From NCBI GenBank assembly GCA_036960845.1, contig JBALWN010000010.1, positions 10,799 to 74,798 on the forward strand: 64,000 bases of DNA, read 5' to 3'. Of this stretch, positions 1-9,200 are shown in pieces. The stretch is from Halopseudomonas aestusnigri (GTDB lineage Bacteria; Pseudomonadota; Alphaproteobacteria; Kiloniellales; Kiloniellaceae). Under the pieces are notes generated by a model. That model had not been told where the DNA came from, did no database searches, and saw only the letters and a program-made list of their open reading frames with translations. A program made the translations under genes and the position numbers. Every line of letters begins with the position of its first letter. Position 1 is the first letter of the stretch.

Positions 1-47
1 CAATCATAATTAATTAATATTCACAGTAAGTTACGTGGTGTTTTTAA

Positions 48-91
48 CACCCTTAGCAGGGGAGCGCCTTCAGCCACTCGGCCAACTCTCC
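48..91 (-). tRNA. tRNA-Ser(GCU)-like 5' half only (5' acceptor strand, D-arm, anticodon arm); truncated or pseudo-tRNA
   Basis: Reverse complement of 48-91 reads GGAGAGTTGGCCGAGTGGCTGAAGGCGCTCCCCTGCTAAGGGTG. It has a class-II-type D-arm (GCCGAGTGG...GAAGGC) and an anticodon loop CU-GCU-AA (anticodon at 55-57). The remaining 47 nt (1-47) are AT-rich, with no GGTTCGAAT-type T-loop and no ACTCTCC 3' acceptor strand. Confidence 0.55.
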
Positions 92-461
92 ACATTCCGT
101 GAACAAGCGAATTTCTAAGGTTTTACATCAAGACTGTAAAGTGAAAAATATCATTTAAATTCACTTTCTTAGAAACAAGGCAGGAACAGGCGGTTTTTAA
201 TAATATTTTTAATCAAGTGTTGGCTCATTTTGCTCAAACCGTAGATAAATTTCCGACATTCCGATTCTAGAAATACCAATGATATATCAAACAAATTAAG
301 TACTCTTAGGTAGTGCCCCTAAAAGGCTCATTGTTTCTTCCATAATATCACTTTGGATACCTTCAATCGTATCTTTATGATTAAAAAGTATACGGCAGGG
401 GAAATATGACGCATCCCAAAAAATTTTACTTCGTGGTAATCTGTACTTAACAGAGACATAT

Positions 462-1418
462 TTGCTTATAAAATACTTTAAAGATCATCATAATATGTAT
501 CCAACCAAAAATATCGCCGAGTATTGCAGAAACAATATATTGATATTGCCTAATACTCTTCATGAAATGAAAGATGCGACATGCATAATAGAGCACGGTA
601 CTTCAGCTATATTTTATAAAGACTTGGATCAGGATCTTGTAGATGTTGAGTTCTATTGTAATAGCCCTTGTTTTATTTATGTAAAAAACGGTCGCGAAAA
701 AGTCACCTCATCAGATGACACTATTGTTGAAATGTCTGAGGGCACAGCAACATTCCTCCCCCAAGGGACAAACCTTCACTCTGATTACGTGAAAAGCTAT
801 AATAGCCTTCAGGCTTTTTTATTATTCTTCGACGATGGTATTATAAGAGAATTCCTCAGCACCCAACCAATAACAGAGCAAAACAACAAAAACAAACCAT
901 CCGATATACATCAATTTAAATGTCATAATGCCTTAACAGGGTACTTTGATAGCATATCAAATCTAAATCGTAACAAACTGTTTACCCAGCAGTTATTGCG
1001 GCTGAAATTATTAGAATTTTTGCAAATCCTAGCCTTAACCAACAACCCCATTTTCTTAACGACATTGCTGTCTAAAACAAAATCTAGGTCACCTAAGAGA
1101 AATATCAAACGCCTGATTGATAAACCAGAAATGCTCCGCCTTACTGTCACCGATCTTGCCAAACTATCAGGCCGTAGCTTGTCGAGTTTCAACCGTGACT
1201 TTAGGAAGGATTTTAATATGCCTCCTCAGAAATGGCTCAAGTCCAAACGATTGGCCTATGCACAAAAGATATTAGTGGAAAAAAATTTATCTGTTACAGA
1301 GGCCGCCCTCGAAGTGGGTTATGAAAACATATCTCATTTCATCAAATCATTTAAAGAACAGTTTGGCCTTACGCCTAGAGAACACAAAAACAATACGTAT
1401 AACGTAATTATTAAATGA
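462..1418 (+). CDS. AraC/XylS-family transcriptional regulator
   Basis: C-terminal double HTH (LTVTDLAKLSGRSLSSFNRDFRK ... VTEAALEVGYENISHFIKSFKEQFGLTPREH) with an N-terminal cupin-like sensor part. The ORF opens with TTG at 462; the first ATG is at 495. Confidence 0.85.
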   Translation: MLIKYFKDHHNMYPTKNIAEYCRNNILILPNTLHEMKDATCIIEHGTSAIFYKDLDQDLVDVEFYCNSPCFIYVKNGREKVTSSDDTIVEMSEGTATFLPQGTNLHSDYVKSYNSLQAFLLFFDDGIIREFLSTQPITEQNNKNKPSDIHQFKCHNALTGYFDSISNLNRNKLFTQQLLRLKLLEFLQILALTNNPIFLTTLLSKTKSRSPKRNIKRLIDKPEMLRLTVTDLAKLSGRSLSSFNRDFRKDFNMPPQKWLKSKRLAYAQKILVEKNLSVTEAALEVGYENISHFIKSFKEQFGLTPREHKNNTYNVIIK

Positions 1419-1510
1419 CTGGAAAACCGTATAAATGGACGTTCATAGGTAGTGGGGCTTAAAAGGAATTCATACAGTTAGGACATCAACTAATTATAGG
1501 AGATTGTCCA

Positions 1511-1801
1511 ATGACTGTAAGAGTAACTCTCAATTGCCCATTAAAGCCATCTGGCTTCGTTAAGCTATTACCTTTTTTGCAAGAAAACTTACCTAATGTC
1601 AGAGCTTTCGAAGGCAATAAGAGGGTCAGTATATTCTTTGACAAACCGAACAATGAGATGTTGATTGACGAAGATTGGGCTTCTGTTGAACACCATCAAA
1701 GTTACATAGAGTTCATTTCTAATAATGGTATTATGGATCAGTTGGCTGCTTTCTTAAGCCTTCCACCTACAATCAAATACTTTGATCTCGTTGATATCTA
1801 A
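1511..1801 (+). CDS. ABM/Dabb-like small protein (putative monooxygenase-fold)
   Basis: 96 aa. Pattern RVSIFFDKPNNEMLIDEDWASVEHHQSYIEF resembles ABM domains. AGGAG lies 8 nt upstream of the ATG. Confidence 0.5.
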   Translation: MTVRVTLNCPLKPSGFVKLLPFLQENLPNVRAFEGNKRVSIFFDKPNNEMLIDEDWASVEHHQSYIEFISNNGIMDQLAAFLSLPPTIKYFDLVDI

Positions 1802-1833
1802 AATATCTACGACGAAACCCTATACGACCAAAG

Positions 1834-1875
1834 CCATTAGGCCCTGCCTCGAACTCAGTACCTAATGGTTTTTTC
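1834..1875 (+). terminator. rho-independent terminator candidate
   Basis: CCATTAGG (1834-1841) pairs with CCTAATGG (1861-1868), followed by TTTTTTC. The loop is long (19 nt). Confidence 0.5.
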
Positions 1876-2049
1876 TTTAACAATATAAGTTCTTTTTTCT
1901 ACATATCTAAAATAAGGCCGTGTTAATCAATTGATTTACTGTACAAAAGATATGTATTTTTTATTTTGAAACTCAATGTAAATCAAACTTTCTGCAACAT
2001 AAACTTTAACATTACAAAGCTTCTTACATTTACGAGGAAACCTACAGCA

Positions 2050-2733
2050 ATGAACATTAACCCTCTTACCGCTGTTGATTTAGTAGGATTTGGGGGATTT
2101 TTGGCAGCGTGGATTCTTTACACTGGATTTGCGGATCATAGTCGATGGTCCGATCAGAGTTTAACCCAGAGAATGAACCAATACAGAGAGCGCTGGATGA
2201 GAGAAATGGTATCGCGTGACATGCGCATGATTGATACCACGATCCTTGGCAATCTTATGACCGGAATTGCATTTTTTGCATCCACAGCCATGCTTATATT
2301 GGGTGGAATCATCGCCCTCCTTAGTAATGGAACGACCGTTTCTCAATCTATCAAACACTTGCCTTATGCGATAGACAGTAGCCCTGCCCTTTGGGAGTTT
2401 AAGGTACTCGTGCTCGCATTGATTTTTGTTTATGCATTCTTCAAATTTGCCTGGGCTTTTCGTCTAACCAACTATTGCAACATTATGGTTGGATCTGCAC
2501 CCGTTAAAGAAGCCAATAAAAACGAATTGGAGGAACATGCCAAACGCGCATCAAAACTAAGCTGTCGTGCCGGACATCATTTCAACCGTGGCCTTCGTGC
2601 ATTCTTCTTTGGCTCAGCAGCCCTCGCCTGGCTCTTCCACCCACTCGCCATGCTTTTTGCTTCTCTCGTCGTCGTTTTTGTTCTTTATCGTAGAGAATTT
2701 AGCTCCACAGCATTGTTGGTGCTGCAGGACTGA
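2050..2733 (+). CDS. DUF599-family membrane protein
   Basis: Several TM segments and the motif QRMNQYRERWMREMVSRDMRMIDTTILGNL, typical of DUF599. The ORF opens at 1966, but MNINPL at 2050 is the likely start. Confidence 0.65.
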   Translation: MNINPLTAVDLVGFGGFLAAWILYTGFADHSRWSDQSLTQRMNQYRERWMREMVSRDMRMIDTTILGNLMTGIAFFASTAMLILGGIIALLSNGTTVSQSIKHLPYAIDSSPALWEFKVLVLALIFVYAFFKFAWAFRLTNYCNIMVGSAPVKEANKNELEEHAKRASKLSCRAGHHFNRGLRAFFFGSAALAWLFHPLAMLFASLVVVFVLYRREFSSTALLVLQD

Positions 2734-2923
2734 GCGGAGCTAAAATAATTGTTAAATTAACACAACGACTTAAAACCCCAAAATTTCGGTGCATAGAAAC
2801 ATCAATTAATTGTTCTAAATGTCGAGTTTTGAAATATCTCTCCTTTTATAAAGTTAAACCAAATTAATGAAGCTATTCTTCTTGCGGACACTTGGATAGC
2901 AGAACATTCTCAATAAACAGGTG

Positions 2924-3340
2924 TTATGAACACCATGCTCTTCCCCCCCCTAACCTCACGGCAAGATATGCAGCCCAACGCTTAAACCAAGTCATACGGT
3001 CTTGTTTTGCAAGTATCCTCAATATAGCATCCGCCACTGCACGAGAGCCTTCCCTACTTGAATAGAGTAAATCGTGCAGAGTAGCCGCCCTGAAAAACCT
3101 CGCATCAGCTCTTGGAATGAACCACCAAAGTAGCCATGGAACAGATGCGCCATCGTAGTTAAAACCAGCAGGCACATCGATTTTCATATTTCGTGGGCCA
3201 GTGACTTCATGCCGGCAAGCTGTCGTGAACGGATTTTCAGGATCTTCAGGCGATATCCAAACTAATATCCCACCTTTGGGACGAGATGCTTTAATTTGAT
3301 GAATATTGTATTTGGGGTGAAATTCGTATCGATCAGCCAT
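2924..3340 (-). CDS. DUF1353-domain phage protein
   Basis: Motif GFNYDGASVPWLLWWF ... ATLHDLLY matches the DUF1353 signature (F-x-DGAS-P ... HD-x-x-Y). Confidence 0.65.
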   Translation of the reverse strand: MADRYEFHPKYNIHQIKASRPKGGILVWISPEDPENPFTTACRHEVTGPRNMKIDVPAGFNYDGASVPWLLWWFIPRADARFFRAATLHDLLYSSREGSRAVADAILRILAKQDRMTWFKRWAAYLAVRLGGGRAWCS

Positions 3341-3521
3341 TATTATGCCCCGCCGCTTCCCATGCTATCCAAGCTTCATCCAATTTTGCTGTAATTACAG
3401 GCCATTCTGTACGGATTTCATCTGGCGTTTTATCACCATTTTGAACTTCTCGAATTGACTTAAAGGTAAACGTACCGATTTCAATTAGGGCGTTTACGGT
3501 TGCGATTGTTACCGGATTCAT
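3333..3521 (-). CDS. small hypothetical phage protein (weakly hydrophobic N-terminus; possible spanin partner)
   Basis: 62-aa ORF overlapping both neighbours by 4-8 nt, consistent with translational coupling. No recognisable domain. Confidence 0.35.
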   Translation of the reverse strand: MNPVTIATVNALIEIGTFTFKSIREVQNGDKTPDEIRTEWPVITAKLDEAWIAWEAAGHNNG

Positions 3522-3844
3522 GCCTTTACACCTTTCTTTACGGTTAGAAGAACATAAGCTGTTTCCTGCAAAGTTGTGAGGGCTGAAGCGTAATCAGTCA
3601 CCTCACCAGAGCAAATTTTAATCGTGGAAGGCATAAGACCAGATACCGTCTTGATCGTTTCATCTGATAATTGCCCTGCTGCTCGGTATCCTGACAAAAC
3701 ATGAACAGTTGAGATAATACCCTCGCAAGTAATTTGAACCTGTTGTTCTGTTGACAATCGATTGCCTGCTGTCGTCGTGCAGGCAGACATAAAAAAGGCC
3801 GCCATCAAGGCAGCTGTTAAAAATATATATCTCAAGGTTCTCAT
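3518..3844 (-). CDS. phage lipoprotein (outer-membrane spanin-like candidate)
   Basis: MRTLRYIFLTAALMAAFFMSAC is a signal peptide plus lipobox. GGAG lies 8 nt upstream of the ATG at 3844. Sits in the lysis region. Confidence 0.55.
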   Translation of the reverse strand: MRTLRYIFLTAALMAAFFMSACTTTAGNRLSTEQQVQITCEGIISTVHVLSGYRAAGQLSDETIKTVSGLMPSTIKICSGEVTDYASALTTLQETAYVLLTVKKGVKA

Positions 3845-4153
3845 TTTAAGCTCCTTTAAAAACCTGGTGCATTGTGCCTTTTTGGCCAAAACGTTTTTAG
3901 ATGTGTTTGAAAGTAAATACGCGCCAATCCATTAACACGACAGTCGTATACGATGAGCTCTCACTAGATTTAATTCCACTAGGTACACAGGATTGATTTA
4001 TTTGTGAAAAACATAAAATAAATCAATAAGAAGATAAGGAAAATTCAAAAGTTAATCTCTTTCACCTTGATCTAACTCATTACAATTAAATTCGTTAATT
4101 ATTCGGCGGAAAGCCCCTCATCACCGATGATCTCGTGTAATAAGGTTAAGCAT

Positions 4154-4531
4154 TCAATATCCCCATGCCACACAATTCATACGATCTAAATAAGGATGAT
4201 CATCATCCAAGTGTAAGAACGAACCGCTAATACCTACACCTTTAAAGCCCCAATCTTCAGCAACACCTAACATCGCAGCAAGTTGCCGAGCAGATGAATA
4301 TTCGATATCCGCAGCGTGACCAATAGAATGAGCACCACCCCGTAATTTTTTCTTTTCTTCTGGATGATTTTCACAACGAAATCCGCTAGTAATCTTCATT
4401 GGACCTACATAGTTACGCATTTTCTGTAATCGCAACATAAAGGCCGGATCCATCTCTGCACGATGGCAACCACACTTACATTCAAACTCAGCGCGTTCAA
4501 AATTGGGATAATTCGACCAGTTAAGATTCAT
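4154..4531 (-). CDS. endolysin, peptidase M15 (zinc D-Ala-D-Ala carboxypeptidase-like) family
   Basis: ITSGFRCENHPEE...GGAHSIGHAADI...FLHLDDDH gives the H-x6-D ... H zinc ligands. GGAGGAAG SD lies 7 nt before the ATG at 4531. ATGA overlap with the upstream gene. Confidence 0.8.
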   Translation of the reverse strand: MNLNWSNYPNFERAEFECKCGCHRAEMDPAFMLRLQKMRNYVGPMKITSGFRCENHPEEKKKLRGGAHSIGHAADIEYSSARQLAAMLGVAEDWGFKGVGISGSFLHLDDDHPYLDRMNCVAWGY

Positions 4532-5055
4532 ATTAGCTTCCTCCGAAACCAAGCGGTTACAATCGAAGCATCTGAACCCGTAGACCCAACAAGAGTTCGA
4601 AAATTCACAACATCTCCAGCAAAAAATGAAACGGGATCAGTATCAAATACAGAGTGAGCTTTAGTATCGTTGATAATTGAAACACTTTTATTGGTACTCA
4701 CCGTGTTTTTTATCACTTCAACTTCGACACTCGTTATGCCTTTGATACTAAGGCCTATCCCAATGAGATCACAATCAAAAGCCAATACAACCCCCATACC
4801 ACTTGAGGTGTTGCCTCCATTACCAAAAGCCCATTCATAGGTATTATCAGCTATATCAGCATTTTCTTCTGCCCAAATAGGAAAATAGCAATAAGTAGCA
4901 GGCTTTTTTAAAAGGGATGCATAGTTACCATCAAAGGCAGTAATTATATCTTGTTTTGCATTTAAGTTTGCTAACAATCCTGGAACATCGGAAATACCAG
5001 ATACACTTCCACCACCCTCGCCATTCGTTTGACTGCCGTGCGTCACCTTTATCAT
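4528..5055 (-). CDS. hypothetical phage tail-associated protein
   Basis: The ORF opens at 5094, but MIKVTHG at 5055 has a GAAGGG SD. Position is between the fibre genes and the endolysin. No recognised domain. Confidence 0.45.
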   Translation of the reverse strand: MIKVTHGSQTNGEGGGSVSGISDVPGLLANLNAKQDIITAFDGNYASLLKKPATYCYFPIWAEENADIADNTYEWAFGNGGNTSSGMGVVLAFDCDLIGIGLSIKGITSVEVEVIKNTVSTNKSVSIINDTKAHSVFDTDPVSFFAGDVVNFRTLVGSTGSDASIVTAWFRRKLI

Positions 5056-5059
5056 TGGC

Positions 5060-5317
5060 TTACCCTTCGATAACAACAAGAAGTGTTTTGTCACTCCCCG
5101 CTGCCCGTGCCCAAATGGGCGAAGTAGTCGAATTTAAAGTCAAACTTTCGCCTGATTTATTCAGTAAAATCGAATCAGGTGTATCTGGTATTGGCTGCAT
5201 ATCCCCATAATGAAGTTTTGCTCCCCAATCAGATTGGACGATAATAGAAACTGGTGGGCCATTTTGAGTGATTTGCGGCCAGACAGAACCTAATTCATAA
5301 GAGGTTGTCGTTCCCAT
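5060..5317 (-). CDS. hypothetical small phage protein
   Basis: 85-aa ORF, co-directional and tightly packed in the tail/lysis block. Confidence 0.4.
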   Translation of the reverse strand: MGTTTSYELGSVWPQITQNGPPVSIIVQSDWGAKLHYGDMQPIPDTPDSILLNKSGESLTLNSTTSPIWARAAGSDKTLLVVIEG

Positions 5318-5332
5318 CCTAATCTCCCTTTC

Positions 5333-5530
5333 TTAATTAGGTATTCTCTTTTTCGTGTTTAAGAAATCTTGCCTTGCTTTAGCAATCCTATAGGCCAAAA
5401 GAGCGAGACCTCCAATACCGACCATTACCGCCACACCAGTATTAAAATAATGCAACCAAAGAGGTGTCGAAACCGCCGTTACCCCAATAACTTTGTCCAA
5501 TCCATCCCCTCGTACTAAACTCTCAAACAT
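5333..5530 (-). CDS. holin-like small membrane protein
   Basis: 65 aa with hydrophobic segments (VIGVTAVSTPLWLHYF, GVAVMVGIGGLALLAY) and a basic C-terminal tail (RIAKARQDFLNTKKRIPN). Confidence 0.4.
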   Translation of the reverse strand: MFESLVRGDGLDKVIGVTAVSTPLWLHYFNTGVAVMVGIGGLALLAYRIAKARQDFLNTKKRIPN

Positions 5531-6200
5531 GATACTGATTGGCTGCCTCAGCCCATCCGGCTTCTAGATCAAGAGCGCAAATTTTTTCTATGGAGTTTGT
5601 TTCCTGGGATTTTATCTTCTCTTCCAACTCTCTATATCGTTCCCAACAAACAATCTGTTGTTGCCCCTTTACCTCAATCATGGTTGTAATTTCTTCTGAT
5701 TTCAGAGGGGCTGTCCAGAGGTTATCAGAAGTGCGCCAAGGAACCATTGTCTGGGATAATTCTGCACCACGAGACTTAACGACATCAAGTAAGTGACGGA
5801 TCCGTTCCATCTTGGACATATCAGCATCAGACCCTTGTATTGAGTACAGTTTACCATCTTTAGACCAGGTAAAATCTCCGTTTAAGATCTCATCTCGCCT
5901 TCTTTTGATTTCTTGCAATGTCTGTTGTTTGGCAATATTTAAAGGTAAATCTATGGCCTTTTGTTGAATTATCCATTCATTTTCGACAATCGATCCTTTA
6001 CCCTCTATTCGTGTTTGATATTTCCCAGGAACGGTTTTTTCAACACGCACTTTACGTAAACATTGTCCGTCACGGAGAAAACAAGGTAAATTTTGAGGAG
6101 CATTCAAATTCCCCTTTAATCCACATTTTTCAGCCAAACCCGGCGTCCAAACATTGACTGGAGAAACAGCTGAACCGTCTTTTTCAATTACAAATTTCAT
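5523..6200 (-). CDS. phage protein with DUF4376-like C-terminal region (fibre-associated)
   Basis: Lies directly downstream of the tail fibre gene. LQEIKRRRDEILNGDFTW...WRTSDNLWTAPLKSEEITTM resembles DUF4376. Confidence 0.4.
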   Translation of the reverse strand: MKFVIEKDGSAVSPVNVWTPGLAEKCGLKGNLNAPQNLPCFLRDGQCLRKVRVEKTVPGKYQTRIEGKGSIVENEWIIQQKAIDLPLNIAKQQTLQEIKRRRDEILNGDFTWSKDGKLYSIQGSDADMSKMERIRHLLDVVKSRGAELSQTMVPWRTSDNLWTAPLKSEEITTMIEVKGQQQIVCWERYRELEEKIKSQETNSIEKICALDLEAGWAEAANQYHV

Positions 6201-6209
6201 GTTTCTTCC

Positions 6210-9200
6210 TTAGTTCCCTAGTAGGCCGGGGAGATTGCCGCCACCTGCACTGTCTGCGAATGCAACTACAAGATAACGTCCACCATTTGCATTAAAAGCA
6301 CCCCCAGAAGACCGACAAGTAATTCCCCTAGAAGTAATATCTAAGCGATCCCCACCTGCTGTAGTAACAGCTGCGAAGGTGTCTATATTTAACTCTTCTC
6401 TCATCGGGTTTCCGTCACTATCAAGTGACGTATCTAACAGATTCCAAGCTCCTGAACTGTCCATACGCTTAACCCAAACCAACCGAGTTAAGAACCCAGT
6501 GTGAACACGCCAACCTTGAGTAGATCCATTACCTGTAATTGTATGGATAGAGCACAATCCCGGCACTGACTTAAATCCCCACCCAAGGTAGTTGATATTC
6601 AGAAGATTGGTATATTTGATCGTGCTGGTAGCTAACTGCATAAGTCTGTTGGTTCTACCCGCTGCTGGGAAAATATTTACAGATCCATCTTGGGGACCAT
6701 TAGAGTTGAACCCTAAGTAGTAGTCATCCGGCAATCCTTTAAACCACGTTTGCCAACTGTAGGTGCTCGGCTCAAATGCTTTAGATATGAATAACTCCAC
6801 ATCATCAACACCTGTCCCAATAGTAGCCCCAGAAGTTCCAGTACCTTTCCATGTCAGAAGGGTCTGGTATTGAGTGCTGTCAGCAATAACCTTGGTAGGG
6901 ACTGTACCTTCAGTGTTATCTACTTCTGTACCGTCGTTGCTGAACAACCACGATTGGTAGATCTTACCTTCTTCGTTGACACTGTTACCCGGACCTCCTG
7001 TGTAACCATCATCATGAAATGCAGTTAGACCATTAGCATCCGTAGCTAAAGCACCCGTGGAATTAGGTATAAGCTCTTTTGTAGGACCCATTGTCGATAA
7101 AGTAGACCAGAGCTTAAAGTTATACCCTCCATTCACGACCTTGGACATTATGACGCCATTGGTCATATTTACCGAACTGCGGAGCCTACGCGCTGCTGTA
7201 CCATCACCGATGTACCTAATGATATCAAATTTATCTTGCCCGTGATATTTTGGGGTAGGCTTGTTGAATGACTTAAGTTCAACAAATCCTGCGGGTGGTG
7301 TTGCCTGAAATGGAACTTGCCCACAGTTGAACGTCATAACACCGCTGTTGTATATGCTTACAGCGAAGAACAATCCAGAAGGTATCCCCGTTACGGTTGG
7401 GTTTGCGCCCGTTGCTGGGTTACCTGAATTATACCAAGTGATAACTCCACCTGAAATAATGCCGTACCAAAGATTCCCTTCTTTGTACGCCATGCACGAC
7501 CATTCGTTATCTGTCAGAGGCGTAGCCGAAATACCATTAGCCTGCTGTCGAGTTACTAGTCCGGTTAAACCAGCAAGCCGAACGTCATCCAAGCTCGTTA
7601 AGTTCCCGAACAATGACGCCGCAGTAGCGCCACCGGGAAGAGAGTAGCCGGGGTCCATGAGGCCGAAGTAGTTATCTTGTCTATTGGTAGTGGAAAGCTC
7701 TATATAGCACCCGCTTTCAAAGGTGGGCATTGTTAAAGATGTTGTACTGAAAGTTGCCCCCGTTGACTGGAACGACATACCACCATTTCTTATAATGCCA
7801 GTGTTCTGCCGAACAGCACTTAGCGTTGCGTAAGCATCCCCCGGCGTGTCGGTTAGCTGATCATCGGAAGTTATGCCTGTAAGCGTCCAAAGAAGCTTGT
7901 TCCCAGCAGTTACCGCACCAAGATTTGAGCTATCCTCAAAGAGTAACTGGCAACCGTTCGGGCCATACTCAAGCTCTTGCTGCATAGCTGTTTGAGCATT
8001 AAGTTTCTGATAGGCTACGCCCTGATCTGAGTACGTGAAGGGTGCGAACTCACCAAAATTCCAAGTCATACCTGATGAATACAAAACACCCGCAAAGGCC
8101 CACACTTGGCCGGGTTCTAAATCTATACCGCCCGTTCCGTTTACTGGATCACCATACCATCCCACAGGGGAACGTAAGAACAGCTTATTACGGTTAAGGT
8201 CTAAGAGAATCCCGAACACATCACCCGCCGTCGGACGGATCAGAGAGGGCTCGGAACTTACCACTGAAACACCACCAGCTGTGTACACGTTCATGTGTGA
8301 ATTAGTGCCATCATATACACCGTACCAATCGTCTGCCACCTGTACGTTCTGTCCAAACACCCTAGATTTAGGCCCAAAGATACCAAGCATCACTTGTACG
8401 GTGTCATCTAGGGTACTTTCAGCGTAGTAAACGCCCTCATTCATCAGGTATTGCGAGTAGTGACCAAAGAAACTTGCGTTACTTCGTGTCGTAATTAGGT
8501 TGTTAGGTCCAGAAAGTACAGTTGCCCCAAAGGTTGCCTCGACTAGACCCGTTGGTGCAGCCGGACGTAAAGTGTCAAAATCCAAACTTGCAGGGCCGAC
8601 GAAGCCTGTTGGCGGGATTTGGTCCCAAGGGTTATCACCGAAATTGAAGAGGCCACCGCCATAACTGTGAACGGATATAAACAGCTTCCAATCAAGTCCT
8701 GTAGGTAGCGTCGTACCACCCGTACCCGCAGCAGGATCACCAATCCACTCGTCGTCAGATCCGTACCACCAAAGTCCCGTATCGAAGTCGATAGCCATCT
8801 TGGTTACTTCGTTGGCCCTGTGAGCGCCAGCCCATGTTCCGGTTACGCCTGTAACATTCGTTCCTGTGTTGCCGTATACTTGATGGTAATGTCCTGCAGT
8901 ATCCAGATAGAAACTTATCGTATTAGCATTAGACGCGCCTATTATCGCATTAGAAGCGAACGTATCTAATCTGCCTAAATCACTAGTAAGCCCCCAACTG
9001 AGAGAATTAACGTCGCTCGTTAGGTTCTTATGCTCGATGTAAATCTTACCCGAATTCAACACAAAATTGCTCTGTGCGCTCCACCATGATCCAGAGTTTA
9101 CGTATGCTGATAACTGTCTTTGAGACAAGTAACAGGCTCTATTAGGAGTCGGTAGAAGTTTACACCGTTTAAGGTCTGACTTGGCAGGTTCCTTGAGACC

